A stretch of 64,000 nucleotides of DNA. Source: Bacillota bacterium (GTDB taxonomy: Bacteria > Bacillota > Clostridia > Lachnospirales > Lachnospiraceae). The notes below the pieces were generated by a model. It was not told where the DNA came from, ran no database searches, and saw nothing but the letters and a program-made list of their open reading frames with translations. Shown in pieces: positions 54,984 through 63,882 of this stretch; positions within the stretch are counted from its first letter, which is position 1, and every line of letters starts with the position of its first letter. The DNA lies in contig JAEYFP010000066.1 of assembly GCA_023402845.1 (NCBI GenBank), forward strand, positions 5,215 through 69,214. The letters run 5' to 3'. The translations under genes were made by a program, and so were the position numbers.

Positions 54984-55237
54984 AAATGCAAAAATGCAAC
55001 AAATGGATTTTAAAAGCTGAAAAGAATAAAAAATAAAAATAGATACAAGCATAATACACAAAAGAATGCAACAAATGATAAAAAATATCAATACAATTTG
55101 TGCAAAATTGCAGAAATATGCATATAAATCATCTTACTATTGTAAATGTGGCATAAATATGATATATATAATATATAAAATGCAAATATGCATTTAAACT
55201 ATTATATGTTCCAATTATGGAAAAAGGAGATGTTGTT

Positions 55238-56689
55238 ATGGCTTTACTAACGGGCGAAGAGTATATTGAGAGTATTCGCAAGATCAAAATGGAAGTCTAC
55301 ATGTTTGGAGAAAGGATTGAGAATCCGGTTGACGATCCGATTCTCAGACCATCATTAAATTCCGTCAGAATGACGTATGATCTTGCACAGGATCCTCAAT
55401 ATGCGGATCTGATGACGGTAATTTCTCCGTTCACAGGAGAAAGGATTAATCGATTTACACATATTCATCAGAACACGGAAGATTTGAAAAACAAGGTTAA
55501 GATGCAAAGGCTTTGCGGACAAAAGACGGCTGCATGCTTTCAGAGATGTGTTGGTATGGACGCATTTAATGCAGTATTTTCTACGACATTTGAAATTGAT
55601 AAAAAATACGGAACGAGTTATCATGACAATTTCAAAAAATTTATGAATTACTGTGCAACAAATGATCTTACGGTAGACGGGGCAATGACCGATCCCAAAG
55701 GAGATCGCTCCAAGGCTCCGCATGCGCAGGAAGATCCGGATATGTATTTGCGTGTTGTGGAAGTGCGTGAGGACGGTATTGTAGTTCGGGGAGCAAAGGC
55801 CCATCAGACGGGGATGTTAAACTCCCATGAAGTAATTGTAATGCCGACTATCTCAATGGGACCCGATGATAAGGAATATGCGGTTTCCTTTGCGGTTCCG
55901 CTTGATGCAAAGGGACTCTTTATGATAATCGGGCGCCAATCCTGTGATACGAGAAAGCTGGAAGGATCCCAAATGGATGTCGGGAATGCGGAATTTGGAG
56001 GCGTGGAGGCACTTACTATTTTTGATGATGTATTTGTACCGAATGACAGAATTTTTATGAATGGCGAGACAGAATTTGCCGGCATGCTTGTTGAGCGGTT
56101 TGCGGGATATCATCGCCAGTCATACGGCGGCTGCAAAGTTGGAGTTGGTGATGTTCTGATTGGCGCGGCTGCAGTTGCAGCCGAATATAACGGAGCGGCT
56201 AAGGCATCTGCTGTAAAAGATAAGCTTATTGAGATGACACACCTGAATGAAACGTTATACTGCTGCGGTATCGCTTGTTCAACAGAAGGCTATCCTACAG
56301 ACTCGGGCGCGTATATGATTGATTTGCTTCTGGCCAATGTCTGCAAGCAGAACGTAACCAGATTCCCGTATGAGATTGTGCGTCTTGCAGAGGATATTGC
56401 GGGAGGACTTATGGTTACCGCACCTTCCGAGAAGGATCTAAGAGATGAGAAGCTGGGAAAATACATAGACAAATATTTGCGTGGTGTTGCTGAAGTATCC
56501 ACTGAAAATCGTCTGCGTATTCTCAGGCTTATTGAAAACCTTGCATTGGGAACGGCGGCAGTCGGGTACCGGACAGAATCAATGCATGGGGCAGGCTCTC
56601 CGCAGGCGCAAAGGATTATGATTGCAAGGCAGGGCAACCTTGGTCTTAAAAAGGAGCTTGCAAAAAAAATAGCACATATTACGGAATGA
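55238..56689 (+). CDS. abfD: 4-hydroxybutyryl-CoA dehydratase / vinylacetyl-CoA delta-isomerase
   Basis: MALLTGEEYIESIRK... The HpaB-like fold carries an AbfD-type Fe-S ligand pattern: C-X3-C (CFQRC) and H-X6-C (HRQSYGGC). The start at 55238 follows AAAAGGAG. Confidence 0.85.
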   Translation: MALLTGEEYIESIRKIKMEVYMFGERIENPVDDPILRPSLNSVRMTYDLAQDPQYADLMTVISPFTGERINRFTHIHQNTEDLKNKVKMQRLCGQKTAACFQRCVGMDAFNAVFSTTFEIDKKYGTSYHDNFKKFMNYCATNDLTVDGAMTDPKGDRSKAPHAQEDPDMYLRVVEVREDGIVVRGAKAHQTGMLNSHEVIVMPTISMGPDDKEYAVSFAVPLDAKGLFMIIGRQSCDTRKLEGSQMDVGNAEFGGVEALTIFDDVFVPNDRIFMNGETEFAGMLVERFAGYHRQSYGGCKVGVGDVLIGAAAVAAEYNGAAKASAVKDKLIEMTHLNETLYCCGIACSTEGYPTDSGAYMIDLLLANVCKQNVTRFPYEIVRLAEDIAGGLMVTAPSEKDLRDEKLGKYIDKYLRGVAEVSTENRLRILRLIENLALGTAAVGYRTESMHGAGSPQAQRIMIARQGNLGLKKELAKKIAHITE

Positions 56690-56707
56690 TTTTTGGAGGT
56701 TGTCTCT

Positions 56708-57001
56708 ATGACAGAAATAGTTTTAAAAGAAATAGAAGAAGTATTGGACAAAAATGTAAGGCCTAATCTGGCTATGCATGGCGGCAACATCCGGGTGGTC
56801 AGTCTGGAAGAAGAAAAACTTTATTTACGTATGGTCGGGCAATGCAGCGGGTGTCCGTCGGCAAACTTAACAATGGAAAATCTGGTTAATACTGAACTTA
56901 CGGAGGCATTTCCTAAGTTGAAACAGGTGTCTTTGGTAACGGGAGTCAGCGATGCTCTGCTTTTAGAAGCAAGAGAACTGCTGAAGAAGAGAAGAAACTG
57001 A
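56708..57001 (+). CDS. NifU-like Fe-S cluster domain protein
   Basis: LDKNVRPNLAMHGGNIRVVSLEE...GQCSGCPSA is the NifU C-terminal domain CXXC signature. Confidence 0.8.
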   Translation: MTEIVLKEIEEVLDKNVRPNLAMHGGNIRVVSLEEEKLYLRMVGQCSGCPSANLTMENLVNTELTEAFPKLKQVSLVTGVSDALLLEARELLKKRRN

Positions 57002-57092
57002 AAGCCTTTGTTAAGTGCCGCGGCGCTGCTTGCGTTCGGATCGGATCATTATATTAATCAGGCAAAAGACCTGAAAAAAGTGAGGAATCGTT

Positions 57093-58397
57093 ATGAATTG
57101 GAAAGTTGAGTATGCCGATAAGCTCTGTACAGCGGATGAAGCAGTTTCCCATATCAAATCGGGGGATCGTGTTGTTGTGGCACATGCGTGCGGGGAACCG
57201 GTAATTCTTACCGACGCAATGGTTGCCGGCGCCGAGAAATATGATTTTAAGAATATTGAAGTCGTTCATATGGTTGCGATGGGAAAGGCCGGTTACTGCG
57301 CCCCGGAAATGTCAAATCGTTTCAGACATAACGGACTGTTTTTGGGGGGAACATCAAGGGCTGCGGTTGAGGAAGGAAGAGGAGATTTTACTCCTGTATT
57401 CTTTTCTGATATTCCGGAATTGTTTAGAAGCAGCCTGAAAGCGGATGTGATTTTGTTTCAGGTGAGCGAACCGGATGAGCATGGATATTGTTCTTACGGA
57501 ATATCGTGTGATTATACGAAGCCATGTGCGGAAACTGCGAAATACAGAGTGGCACAGATTAATAGAAATATGCCAAGGGTGCTGGGAGATAATTTTATTC
57601 ATATCAGTGAATTGGATTATATTGTGGCTGAGGATACGGATCTGATTCAGCTTGTGCCTCCTCAAATAGGAGAGGTCGAGAGGAAAATAGGAGAAAACAT
57701 CGCTTCGCTTGTCAGGGATGGGGATTGTCTGCAGTTGGGCATTGGTGCGATTCCGGATGCGGTACTGCTGTTTCTGAAAGGAAAGAAGAATCTGGGTATT
57801 CACTCGGAAATGATTTCGGATGGAGTAGTGGAACTGATTAATGCCGGGGTTGTCACCAATAAATGCAAACAAATTGACAAAGGACAAAGCGTAGTGACAT
57901 TTTTGATGGGAACCAAAAAACTATATGACTATGTAAGAGATAATCCAACCGTAAAAATGCTTCCGGTTGATGTAGTAAATGATCCCAGGATCATCTGCCA
58001 AAATGATAATGTGGTTTCCATTAACTCCTGTGTGGAAGTGGACTTGATGGGGCAGGTTTGCTCGGAGTCAATTGGGTTAAAACAAATTTCCGGAATCGGG
58101 GGCCAGGTCGACTTTGTTCGCGGAGCGAATATGTCAAGAGGAGGCCGTACAATCATGGCGATGCCCGCCACGGCCGCAAAGGGTAAGATTTCCAAAATTG
58201 TTCCTTTCCTGACGGAGGGCGCTACGGTAACAACTTCGCGCTGTGACGTAAATTATGTGGTGACAGAATATGGGGTTGCGCAGTTACACGGTAAAACTCT
58301 GAAGGAGCGTGCAAAGCAATTGACGGAAATTGCGGCACCGCAATTCAAGGAAAAATTAATTGAAGAATATGAAAGACGTTTCCGCTGTAACTATTAA
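57093..58397 (+). CDS. 4-hydroxybutyrate CoA-transferase (acetyl-CoA hydrolase/transferase family)
   Basis: 434 aa with LQLGIGAIPDAV, the SE.IGLKQISGIGGQVDF block and a C-terminal transferase domain. It is adjacent to abfD. Confidence 0.82.
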   Translation: MNWKVEYADKLCTADEAVSHIKSGDRVVVAHACGEPVILTDAMVAGAEKYDFKNIEVVHMVAMGKAGYCAPEMSNRFRHNGLFLGGTSRAAVEEGRGDFTPVFFSDIPELFRSSLKADVILFQVSEPDEHGYCSYGISCDYTKPCAETAKYRVAQINRNMPRVLGDNFIHISELDYIVAEDTDLIQLVPPQIGEVERKIGENIASLVRDGDCLQLGIGAIPDAVLLFLKGKKNLGIHSEMISDGVVELINAGVVTNKCKQIDKGQSVVTFLMGTKKLYDYVRDNPTVKMLPVDVVNDPRIICQNDNVVSINSCVEVDLMGQVCSESIGLKQISGIGGQVDFVRGANMSRGGRTIMAMPATAAKGKISKIVPFLTEGATVTTSRCDVNYVVTEYGVAQLHGKTLKERAKQLTEIAAPQFKEKLIEEYERRFRCNY

Positions 58398-58433
58398 AAA
58401 ATGCACCTATGTGCGTGAGAAGGAGGATTTCTA

Positions 58434-59234
58434 ATGAAACTATATATTCTTAATACAGGGTACTTGGAAACAGATAAAAATGCAGTTGTAGCATGCAGTG
58501 TAGTGGGGACAAGAAGCAATCCGAATGTCCAGAATAAATGGATTAAACTGCCGGTTATGGCATTTCTGATTGACACCGGTGATGGTTATATTTTGTATGA
58601 TACAGGAAGCAATCCGGAAGCGATGAACGGTTATTGGCAAAACCTGATGCAGGAAATTTATCCGTTATATCAAAAGGATGAAGAGAGACTTGAAAATCAA
58701 CTTGCGCTGTGCGGCGTAAAACCGGAAGATATTAAAACGGTAGTTCTTTCCCATATGCATTTGGATCATGCGGGAAATCTGCAGTTATTCCCGCACGCAG
58801 ATGTTTATGTTCCGAAGGCTGATTATTTGAATGCATTGGCTGCCGTTCATATGAATCCTGATCCTGAGACACATGGAGGGTATATTAAAGGAGATCTGGA
58901 GAGACCGGCTAAGCAATATCATCTTGTAACAGAAGATTTTGAGTTGGCTCCCGGTGTTGAAATTGTCAATTTGCCGGGACATACGGAGGGACTTCTGGGT
59001 CTGGTGCTTCATTTGGAGGGAGGAACCTTCATTATTCCTCAGGACTGTGTATATACAAGCGAAATTTATGGTCCGCCTGCAAAGGTTTCCGGCTTGTTAT
59101 TCGATTCGGTGAATTTTCTTAAGTCAATTGAAAAGGTTCGCAGCTTGGAAAAGAAATATAATGCAAAGGTCATTTTTGCGCACGATTATGAATTTTTCCA
59201 GACACTTCAACTGGCACCAAAGTTTTACGAATAG
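58434..59234 (+). CDS. MBL-fold lactonase (AiiA / N-acyl homoserine lactonase-like)
   Basis: HMHLDHAGN is an HXHXDH motif. GHTEG is present, as is a D-x-x-Y pair (QDCVYT) like the lactone-binding Asp/Tyr of AiiA, and C-terminal FAHD. Confidence 0.75.
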   Translation: MKLYILNTGYLETDKNAVVACSVVGTRSNPNVQNKWIKLPVMAFLIDTGDGYILYDTGSNPEAMNGYWQNLMQEIYPLYQKDEERLENQLALCGVKPEDIKTVVLSHMHLDHAGNLQLFPHADVYVPKADYLNALAAVHMNPDPETHGGYIKGDLERPAKQYHLVTEDFELAPGVEIVNLPGHTEGLLGLVLHLEGGTFIIPQDCVYTSEIYGPPAKVSGLLFDSVNFLKSIEKVRSLEKKYNAKVIFAHDYEFFQTLQLAPKFYE

Positions 59235-59249
59235 TTTGCAGTGACTTTT

Positions 59250-59288
59250 AATAAGCCGATTTCTTACCGGAAATCGGCTTATTATTTA
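59250..59288. terminator. Bidirectional hairpin terminator between convergent genes
   Basis: AATAAGCCGATTTC (59250-59263) pairs with GAAATCGGCTTATT (59270-59283), with A/T-rich flanks. Confidence 0.7.
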
Positions 59289-59305
59289 ACAGCTGCTGTT
59301 ACTAT

Positions 59306-59734
59306 TTATTTCAGGATAAGTGTGATGGAACCGGAAACTGCTTTTTTTTCGCAGACGGCTGATGAAACACTGAATTCATACAGCTGACTTCCGGGAGAAG
59401 AAATCAAGACCGCAGAGGTGGTTAATGTATCGCCGGGATATACGGCACGAATGAACCGCATCCGCTGAATTTGAAAGAGGAGCGGGAGACGATCTCTGTT
59501 TTCCGGTATTTCCATAAGAAGCAATGCGGCGGCCTGCGCCATGCATTCCGTGAGAAGGACGCCGGGCATGACGGGCTGTGCGGGGAAGTGGCCCCGGAAA
59601 ATATCCCAATCCGGATTGATGAAGGTGTTTGTTGTAATGGAACTCTCCGGGATCAACTCGGATACGGTATCCAGTAAGAGCATCGGTTCGCGGTGAGGCA
59701 GTTTTTTTTTGATTTCTTCTTGATTCATAATCAT
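59306..59734 (-). CDS. FabZ-like 3-hydroxyacyl-carrier-protein dehydratase
   Basis: LPHREPMLLLD and FRGHFPAQPVMPGVLLTECMAQAA are the hotdog dehydratase active-site block. Confidence 0.82.
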   Translation of the reverse strand: MIMNQEEIKKKLPHREPMLLLDTVSELIPESSITTNTFINPDWDIFRGHFPAQPVMPGVLLTECMAQAAALLLMEIPENRDRLPLLFQIQRMRFIRAVYPGDTLTTSAVLISSPGSQLYEFSVSSAVCEKKAVSGSITLILK

Positions 59735-59832
59735 GGGATATTCCTCGCTTTTATCAGATAAAATCAGTATAATATATTTTGATGATTTAGAAAAGAATGA
59801 ATGGACATATTATTAGTTTTGGAGGAAGCGGC

Positions 59833-60081
59833 ATGACAAATTTGGAAAAATACAAAAAAGTTTTAAAGAGTAATTTAGGTGCTTCGGAAGAGGAATTAAA
59901 TGATAATGACCTTGTGTATAACCGGTTTCCCAGATGGGACTCTGTCAGACATTTTGAAATCATAGCAGAGCTGGAAGAGAAATTTAGCGTTATGTTTGAA
60001 ACTCTGGATATTACCACATTCAGCAAATACAGCAAGGGAATTGAAATATTGGAGAAGCTTGGAGTTGATATGAGTCTGTAA
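59833..60081 (+). CDS. Acyl carrier protein-like protein
   Basis: 82 aa from the ATG at 59833 (RBS GGAGGAAG). A WDSV segment with Ser sits at the expected phosphopantetheine position, followed by an amphipathic helix (HFEIIAELEEKF). Confidence 0.7.
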   Translation: MTNLEKYKKVLKSNLGASEEELNDNDLVYNRFPRWDSVRHFEIIAELEEKFSVMFETLDITTFSKYSKGIEILEKLGVDMSL

Positions 60082-60140
60082 GCTTTCGGTTTATATCGTG
60101 AGGAACATAGTTAAAAGAATTAGAAGGGAGGAGAAGCCCC

Positions 60141-61553
60141 ATGATTTTTGCCATGGAAAAAAAACCTTTCGACAAAATTGCCGTATATGAAGATGCGGGC
60201 AATTTTGTTACCTATCATCAGTTATGTGAAGGGGTAACATGGTTTAAGGAGAAGGTCAGAGGCAGGAGCCTGATTTTTTGCTTGTGTCAAAACAGGGTGG
60301 GCTCTCTGATAGGATATCTTGGCGGTGTCGGCGGCGGGCATGTCGTTATAATGCTTGATTCTGAAATAGACACAAGTATGCTGGAAAATTTGTTTGATAG
60401 CTATCATCCGGATTATCTATGGGTTCCTTCCGGTAAAACGGAGCAGCTAAATGCGTTTTCATATGAAATCATATCTATGGCGTTTGGATACAGTCTTCTT
60501 TTAACAAACTGCAAAAGCTGTGACATGCATAAGGATTTGAGCTTGCTGCTGACAACATCGGGAAGTATCGGAAATCCGAAGCTTGTACGTACCAGCAAAA
60601 AAAACATAGAAGCAAATGCGGCTTCTATTGCAAATTATTTAAAATTGGGTGAAGGGGAGCGGCCTATTATGACACTTCCTATGCAATATTCTTATGGACT
60701 ATCCGTGATTAACAGTCATTTGCTGGCCGGTGCGACTCTCCTGATGACGGAAAGGAGCGTGGTGCAGCAGGAATTTTGGGATTTTCTCTCGGAAAGGCAG
60801 GCAACGAGCTTTGCGGGGGTTCCCTATACTTATGAAATGCTGAGAAGAATGAGGATAACAGAGAAAAGACTTCCGAGTGTTACATCCATGACCCAGGCCG
60901 GAGGCAAAATGCCGGAGCTGCTGCAGAAGGAGTTTGGACTGTGGGCAAAGAATCAGGGAATTCGGTTTTATATAATGTACGGACAGACGGAAGCGACGGC
61001 GCGGATGAGCTATCTTCCGTACGAGAAATGCCTTGAAAAGATTGGAAGCATCGGAATTTCGATTCCGGGCGGACGCTTTTTTATCCGGGATGAAAAAGGA
61101 AATAGAGTTGAAGAGCCGGGAGCAGATGGTGAGCTTGTTTACGAAGGAAAAAATGTTGGGTTGGGCTATGCGCAGACAAAAGAGGATTTCAATAGAGGGG
61201 ACGATTGGAAGGGAGTGCTTGCAACAGGAGATATTGCAAGGCAAGACGAGGACGGCTATTATTATATAGTAGGGAGAAAAAAGAGATTTATAAAAATTTA
61301 TGGAGTTCGGGTGGGGTTGGACGAATGTGAACAATTACTGCGAAAGCAGTATGAAGGACGGGAATTTGCATGTACCGGAAAAGATGACCACCTGGCGGTC
61401 TACACAAATGACAGAATCATACCGGAAGCGGTATGCGAAGCTCTGTCGAAAATGCTGCGCATAAGCAAAAGAGCCGTCTCCTGCGATTATATCGATGAAA
61501 TACCAAGAAATGCCGCGGGTAAAATACAATATGGTTTATTAGAAGAAAAGTGA
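60141..61553 (+). CDS. AMP-dependent synthetase/ligase (adenylating enzyme)
   Basis: Core motifs LLLTTSGSIGNPKLV (A3), YGQTEA (A5), TGDIARQDEDGYYYIVGRKKRFIKIYG (A7/A8) and PRNAAGKIQY (A10). Confidence 0.88.
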   Translation: MIFAMEKKPFDKIAVYEDAGNFVTYHQLCEGVTWFKEKVRGRSLIFCLCQNRVGSLIGYLGGVGGGHVVIMLDSEIDTSMLENLFDSYHPDYLWVPSGKTEQLNAFSYEIISMAFGYSLLLTNCKSCDMHKDLSLLLTTSGSIGNPKLVRTSKKNIEANAASIANYLKLGEGERPIMTLPMQYSYGLSVINSHLLAGATLLMTERSVVQQEFWDFLSERQATSFAGVPYTYEMLRRMRITEKRLPSVTSMTQAGGKMPELLQKEFGLWAKNQGIRFYIMYGQTEATARMSYLPYEKCLEKIGSIGISIPGGRFFIRDEKGNRVEEPGADGELVYEGKNVGLGYAQTKEDFNRGDDWKGVLATGDIARQDEDGYYYIVGRKKRFIKIYGVRVGLDECEQLLRKQYEGREFACTGKDDHLAVYTNDRIIPEAVCEALSKMLRISKRAVSCDYIDEIPRNAAGKIQYGLLEEK

Positions 61554-61572
61554 TTTATCTAAGGAGTGAAAA

Positions 61573-62664
61573 ATGTCCCCATTTGATATAAATTTTGACA
61601 GGCCGCCCTATCAGGCGCAGAAAAGAGAAAAAGACGAAACATTAACAAGACAGCTGTTGATGCTGACACAATATCATCGGGAACGCTGTGGGCAATATGA
61701 TGGGATTTTGTCGGCCTATCGATATGATGATGAAAAAGTAACTCATTACAGCGAGCTGCCCTTTTTGCCGTCCGGCCTTTTTAAGCGACTTACCCTGAGC
61801 AGTATTTCAGAAGAAGAAAGCGGGCTGAAGACTGTAACGTCATCCGGAACGACGGGGCAGCAGGTTTCAAAAATTGTTCTGGACGGAGAAACAAGAACCT
61901 TGCAGCAGCGGGCGCTTGTTTCGATAGGCAATGATTTTATAGGAAAACAGCGTATTCCCATGCTTGTCATCGACTGTGAAAAAACCGCAAAGGGGAAGAC
62001 CCATTTTTCGGCAAGAACCTCCGCCGTGCTTGGCTTTTCCCTGTTTGGGAAAAACAGAAGCTTTGCACTGGATGATCGGATGGAATTGGATATTCCCGCT
62101 ATAGAGAGATTTGTAGAATTGTATGGAAGAGAAAGGTTTCTGATTTTCGGCTTTACTTATTTGATATGGAGCTGCGTCTGTCTTGAACTGGAAACAAGAG
62201 GATTGCATATGGATCTGTCCAATGCAATCCTGATTCATGGCGGGGGCTGGAAGAAATTGCAGGCGGAAAATATTACAAGAGAGCAATTTAGGGAGAAACT
62301 ATACAAAACCTGTAATATTACGCGCGTGCATGATTATTATGGGATGGCGGAGCAGACGGGAAGCATTTTCATGGAATGTGAATATGGGCATATGCACTGC
62401 TCGGATTATTCGGGAGTTCTGCTGCGCAGGGCAAAAGATTTTACTTTATGCGAAAAAGGAGAAGCGGGTTTAATCCAGACTCTCTCGGTGCTGCCGTTAA
62501 GCTATCCCGGTCATAATATTCTGACAGAGGACGAGGGTGTTTTGCTTGGAGAGGATGATTGTAAGTGCGGAAGAAAAGGAGTCTATTTCAAGGTGCTTGG
62601 AAGAACTCGGCATGCAGAAATCAGGGGGTGCAGTGATACCTATGAAGAATCTGGAGAAAATTGA
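61573..62664 (+). CDS. LuxE-like acyl-protein synthetase
   Basis: 363 aa. LPFLPSGLFKRL and TSSGTTGQQVSKIVLD blocks plus C-terminal CxCG resemble the LuxE family as I recall it. Confidence 0.7.
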   Translation: MSPFDINFDRPPYQAQKREKDETLTRQLLMLTQYHRERCGQYDGILSAYRYDDEKVTHYSELPFLPSGLFKRLTLSSISEEESGLKTVTSSGTTGQQVSKIVLDGETRTLQQRALVSIGNDFIGKQRIPMLVIDCEKTAKGKTHFSARTSAVLGFSLFGKNRSFALDDRMELDIPAIERFVELYGRERFLIFGFTYLIWSCVCLELETRGLHMDLSNAILIHGGGWKKLQAENITREQFREKLYKTCNITRVHDYYGMAEQTGSIFMECEYGHMHCSDYSGVLLRRAKDFTLCEKGEAGLIQTLSVLPLSYPGHNILTEDEGVLLGEDDCKCGRKGVYFKVLGRTRHAEIRGCSDTYEESGEN

Positions 62665-63841
62665 ATTTATTTTTGGAAACGAAGAAATACTTTACAAGAT
62701 GGCCGAACAAAAACCGATGAAGCCGTTTTCGGATGAAGCACTTCTGTTTTTGGACAGTTTATCTGCAAGGATTCGGAGCTGTCTCGGGACAAAGGAAATG
62801 GCAGATGTCGCTGCTTTTGGATTTTGGTGCAGAAGGGCGGGAGTGATACAGAAAAAAGAGAGCTATGAAAGGCATATTGATTACAGGTTGGGAAGGGGAA
62901 TCGCACTTCATTTTGTTCCATCCAACCTGCCGGTGCTGTTCGCTTTTAGCATGGCTGCTTCTATATTGGCGGGCAATTGTGTAATTATGAGAATTCCTTC
63001 AAGGCGAAGCAGACAGGCGGAGGCCATTCTTCATTGTCTGGAGGATGTGCTGCTTGCGCTTCCCGAATGGTCCTTAAGAATCGTTTTTCTTAGATATGGG
63101 CATGAGAAGGCAATTACGGACATGTTGTCAGGGATGTGTGATATTCGGGTGATTTTGGGAGGGGATGCCTCGGTTACGGAGATAAGGAAATCGGCATTGC
63201 CGCCAAGAGCCGTTGAACTGACATTTGCCAATCGGAGTTCCGCTGCGGTTATAAAGGCATCGGAGGTCATAAAGAATTTGGATTTGGCGGATCTGTCAAG
63301 GAAATTTTATAATGATACTTATTTAAATGATCAGAATGCCTGTTCCTCTCCCGGGATTATTTACTGGCTGGGCACAAAAGGGGAGATTGAGTCCGCAAAG
63401 GAAATGTTTTGGAATGCGGTTTATGAATACGGCAGTAAAAGATATGAGGTAACACCTGTTCTGGCGATTAAAAAGTGGGAGCAGGCGGCTTGTATCGGAG
63501 CGACTGTCTGCAATACACAAATTTTTAATAATGAAAATCTGATTGTCAGAGCGGATGTTCCGATGTTGTCTGAAGAAGATTGGAATTATTTATCGCCGGG
63601 TGGCTTTTTTATAGAATCGGGAGGAGAAAGTTTGCAGGGTATTCTGCCGGTTTTGACTGAGAGGTGCCAGACCGTTACCTGCTATGGAATCTCCTGCTTG
63701 GAAATCGGAGGATTTTTTGCGGAAAATCGGGTAAGCGGAGCAGATCGTATTGTGGAATTCGGGCATGCACTGGATTTCTCTTTAATTTGGGATGGTTTTG
63801 ATCTGATCGCTTCAATGAGCAGGATGATCTCCTTTATGTGA
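62642..63841 (+). CDS. LuxC-like acyl-CoA (acyl-protein) reductase
   Basis: ~400 aa from the ATG at 62642. HFVPSNLPVLFAFSMAASILAGNCVIMRIPS and DQNACSSPG blocks resemble the LuxC family. It overlaps the luxE-like stop by 23 nt. Confidence 0.68.
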   Translation: MKNLEKIEFIFGNEEILYKMAEQKPMKPFSDEALLFLDSLSARIRSCLGTKEMADVAAFGFWCRRAGVIQKKESYERHIDYRLGRGIALHFVPSNLPVLFAFSMAASILAGNCVIMRIPSRRSRQAEAILHCLEDVLLALPEWSLRIVFLRYGHEKAITDMLSGMCDIRVILGGDASVTEIRKSALPPRAVELTFANRSSAAVIKASEVIKNLDLADLSRKFYNDTYLNDQNACSSPGIIYWLGTKGEIESAKEMFWNAVYEYGSKRYEVTPVLAIKKWEQAACIGATVCNTQIFNNENLIVRADVPMLSEEDWNYLSPGGFFIESGGESLQGILPVLTERCQTVTCYGISCLEIGGFFAENRVSGADRIVEFGHALDFSLIWDGFDLIASMSRMISFM

Positions 63842-63882
63842 CACGGTGGTGCTTTGAATTTCATGATAGGCGGAGACGATTA

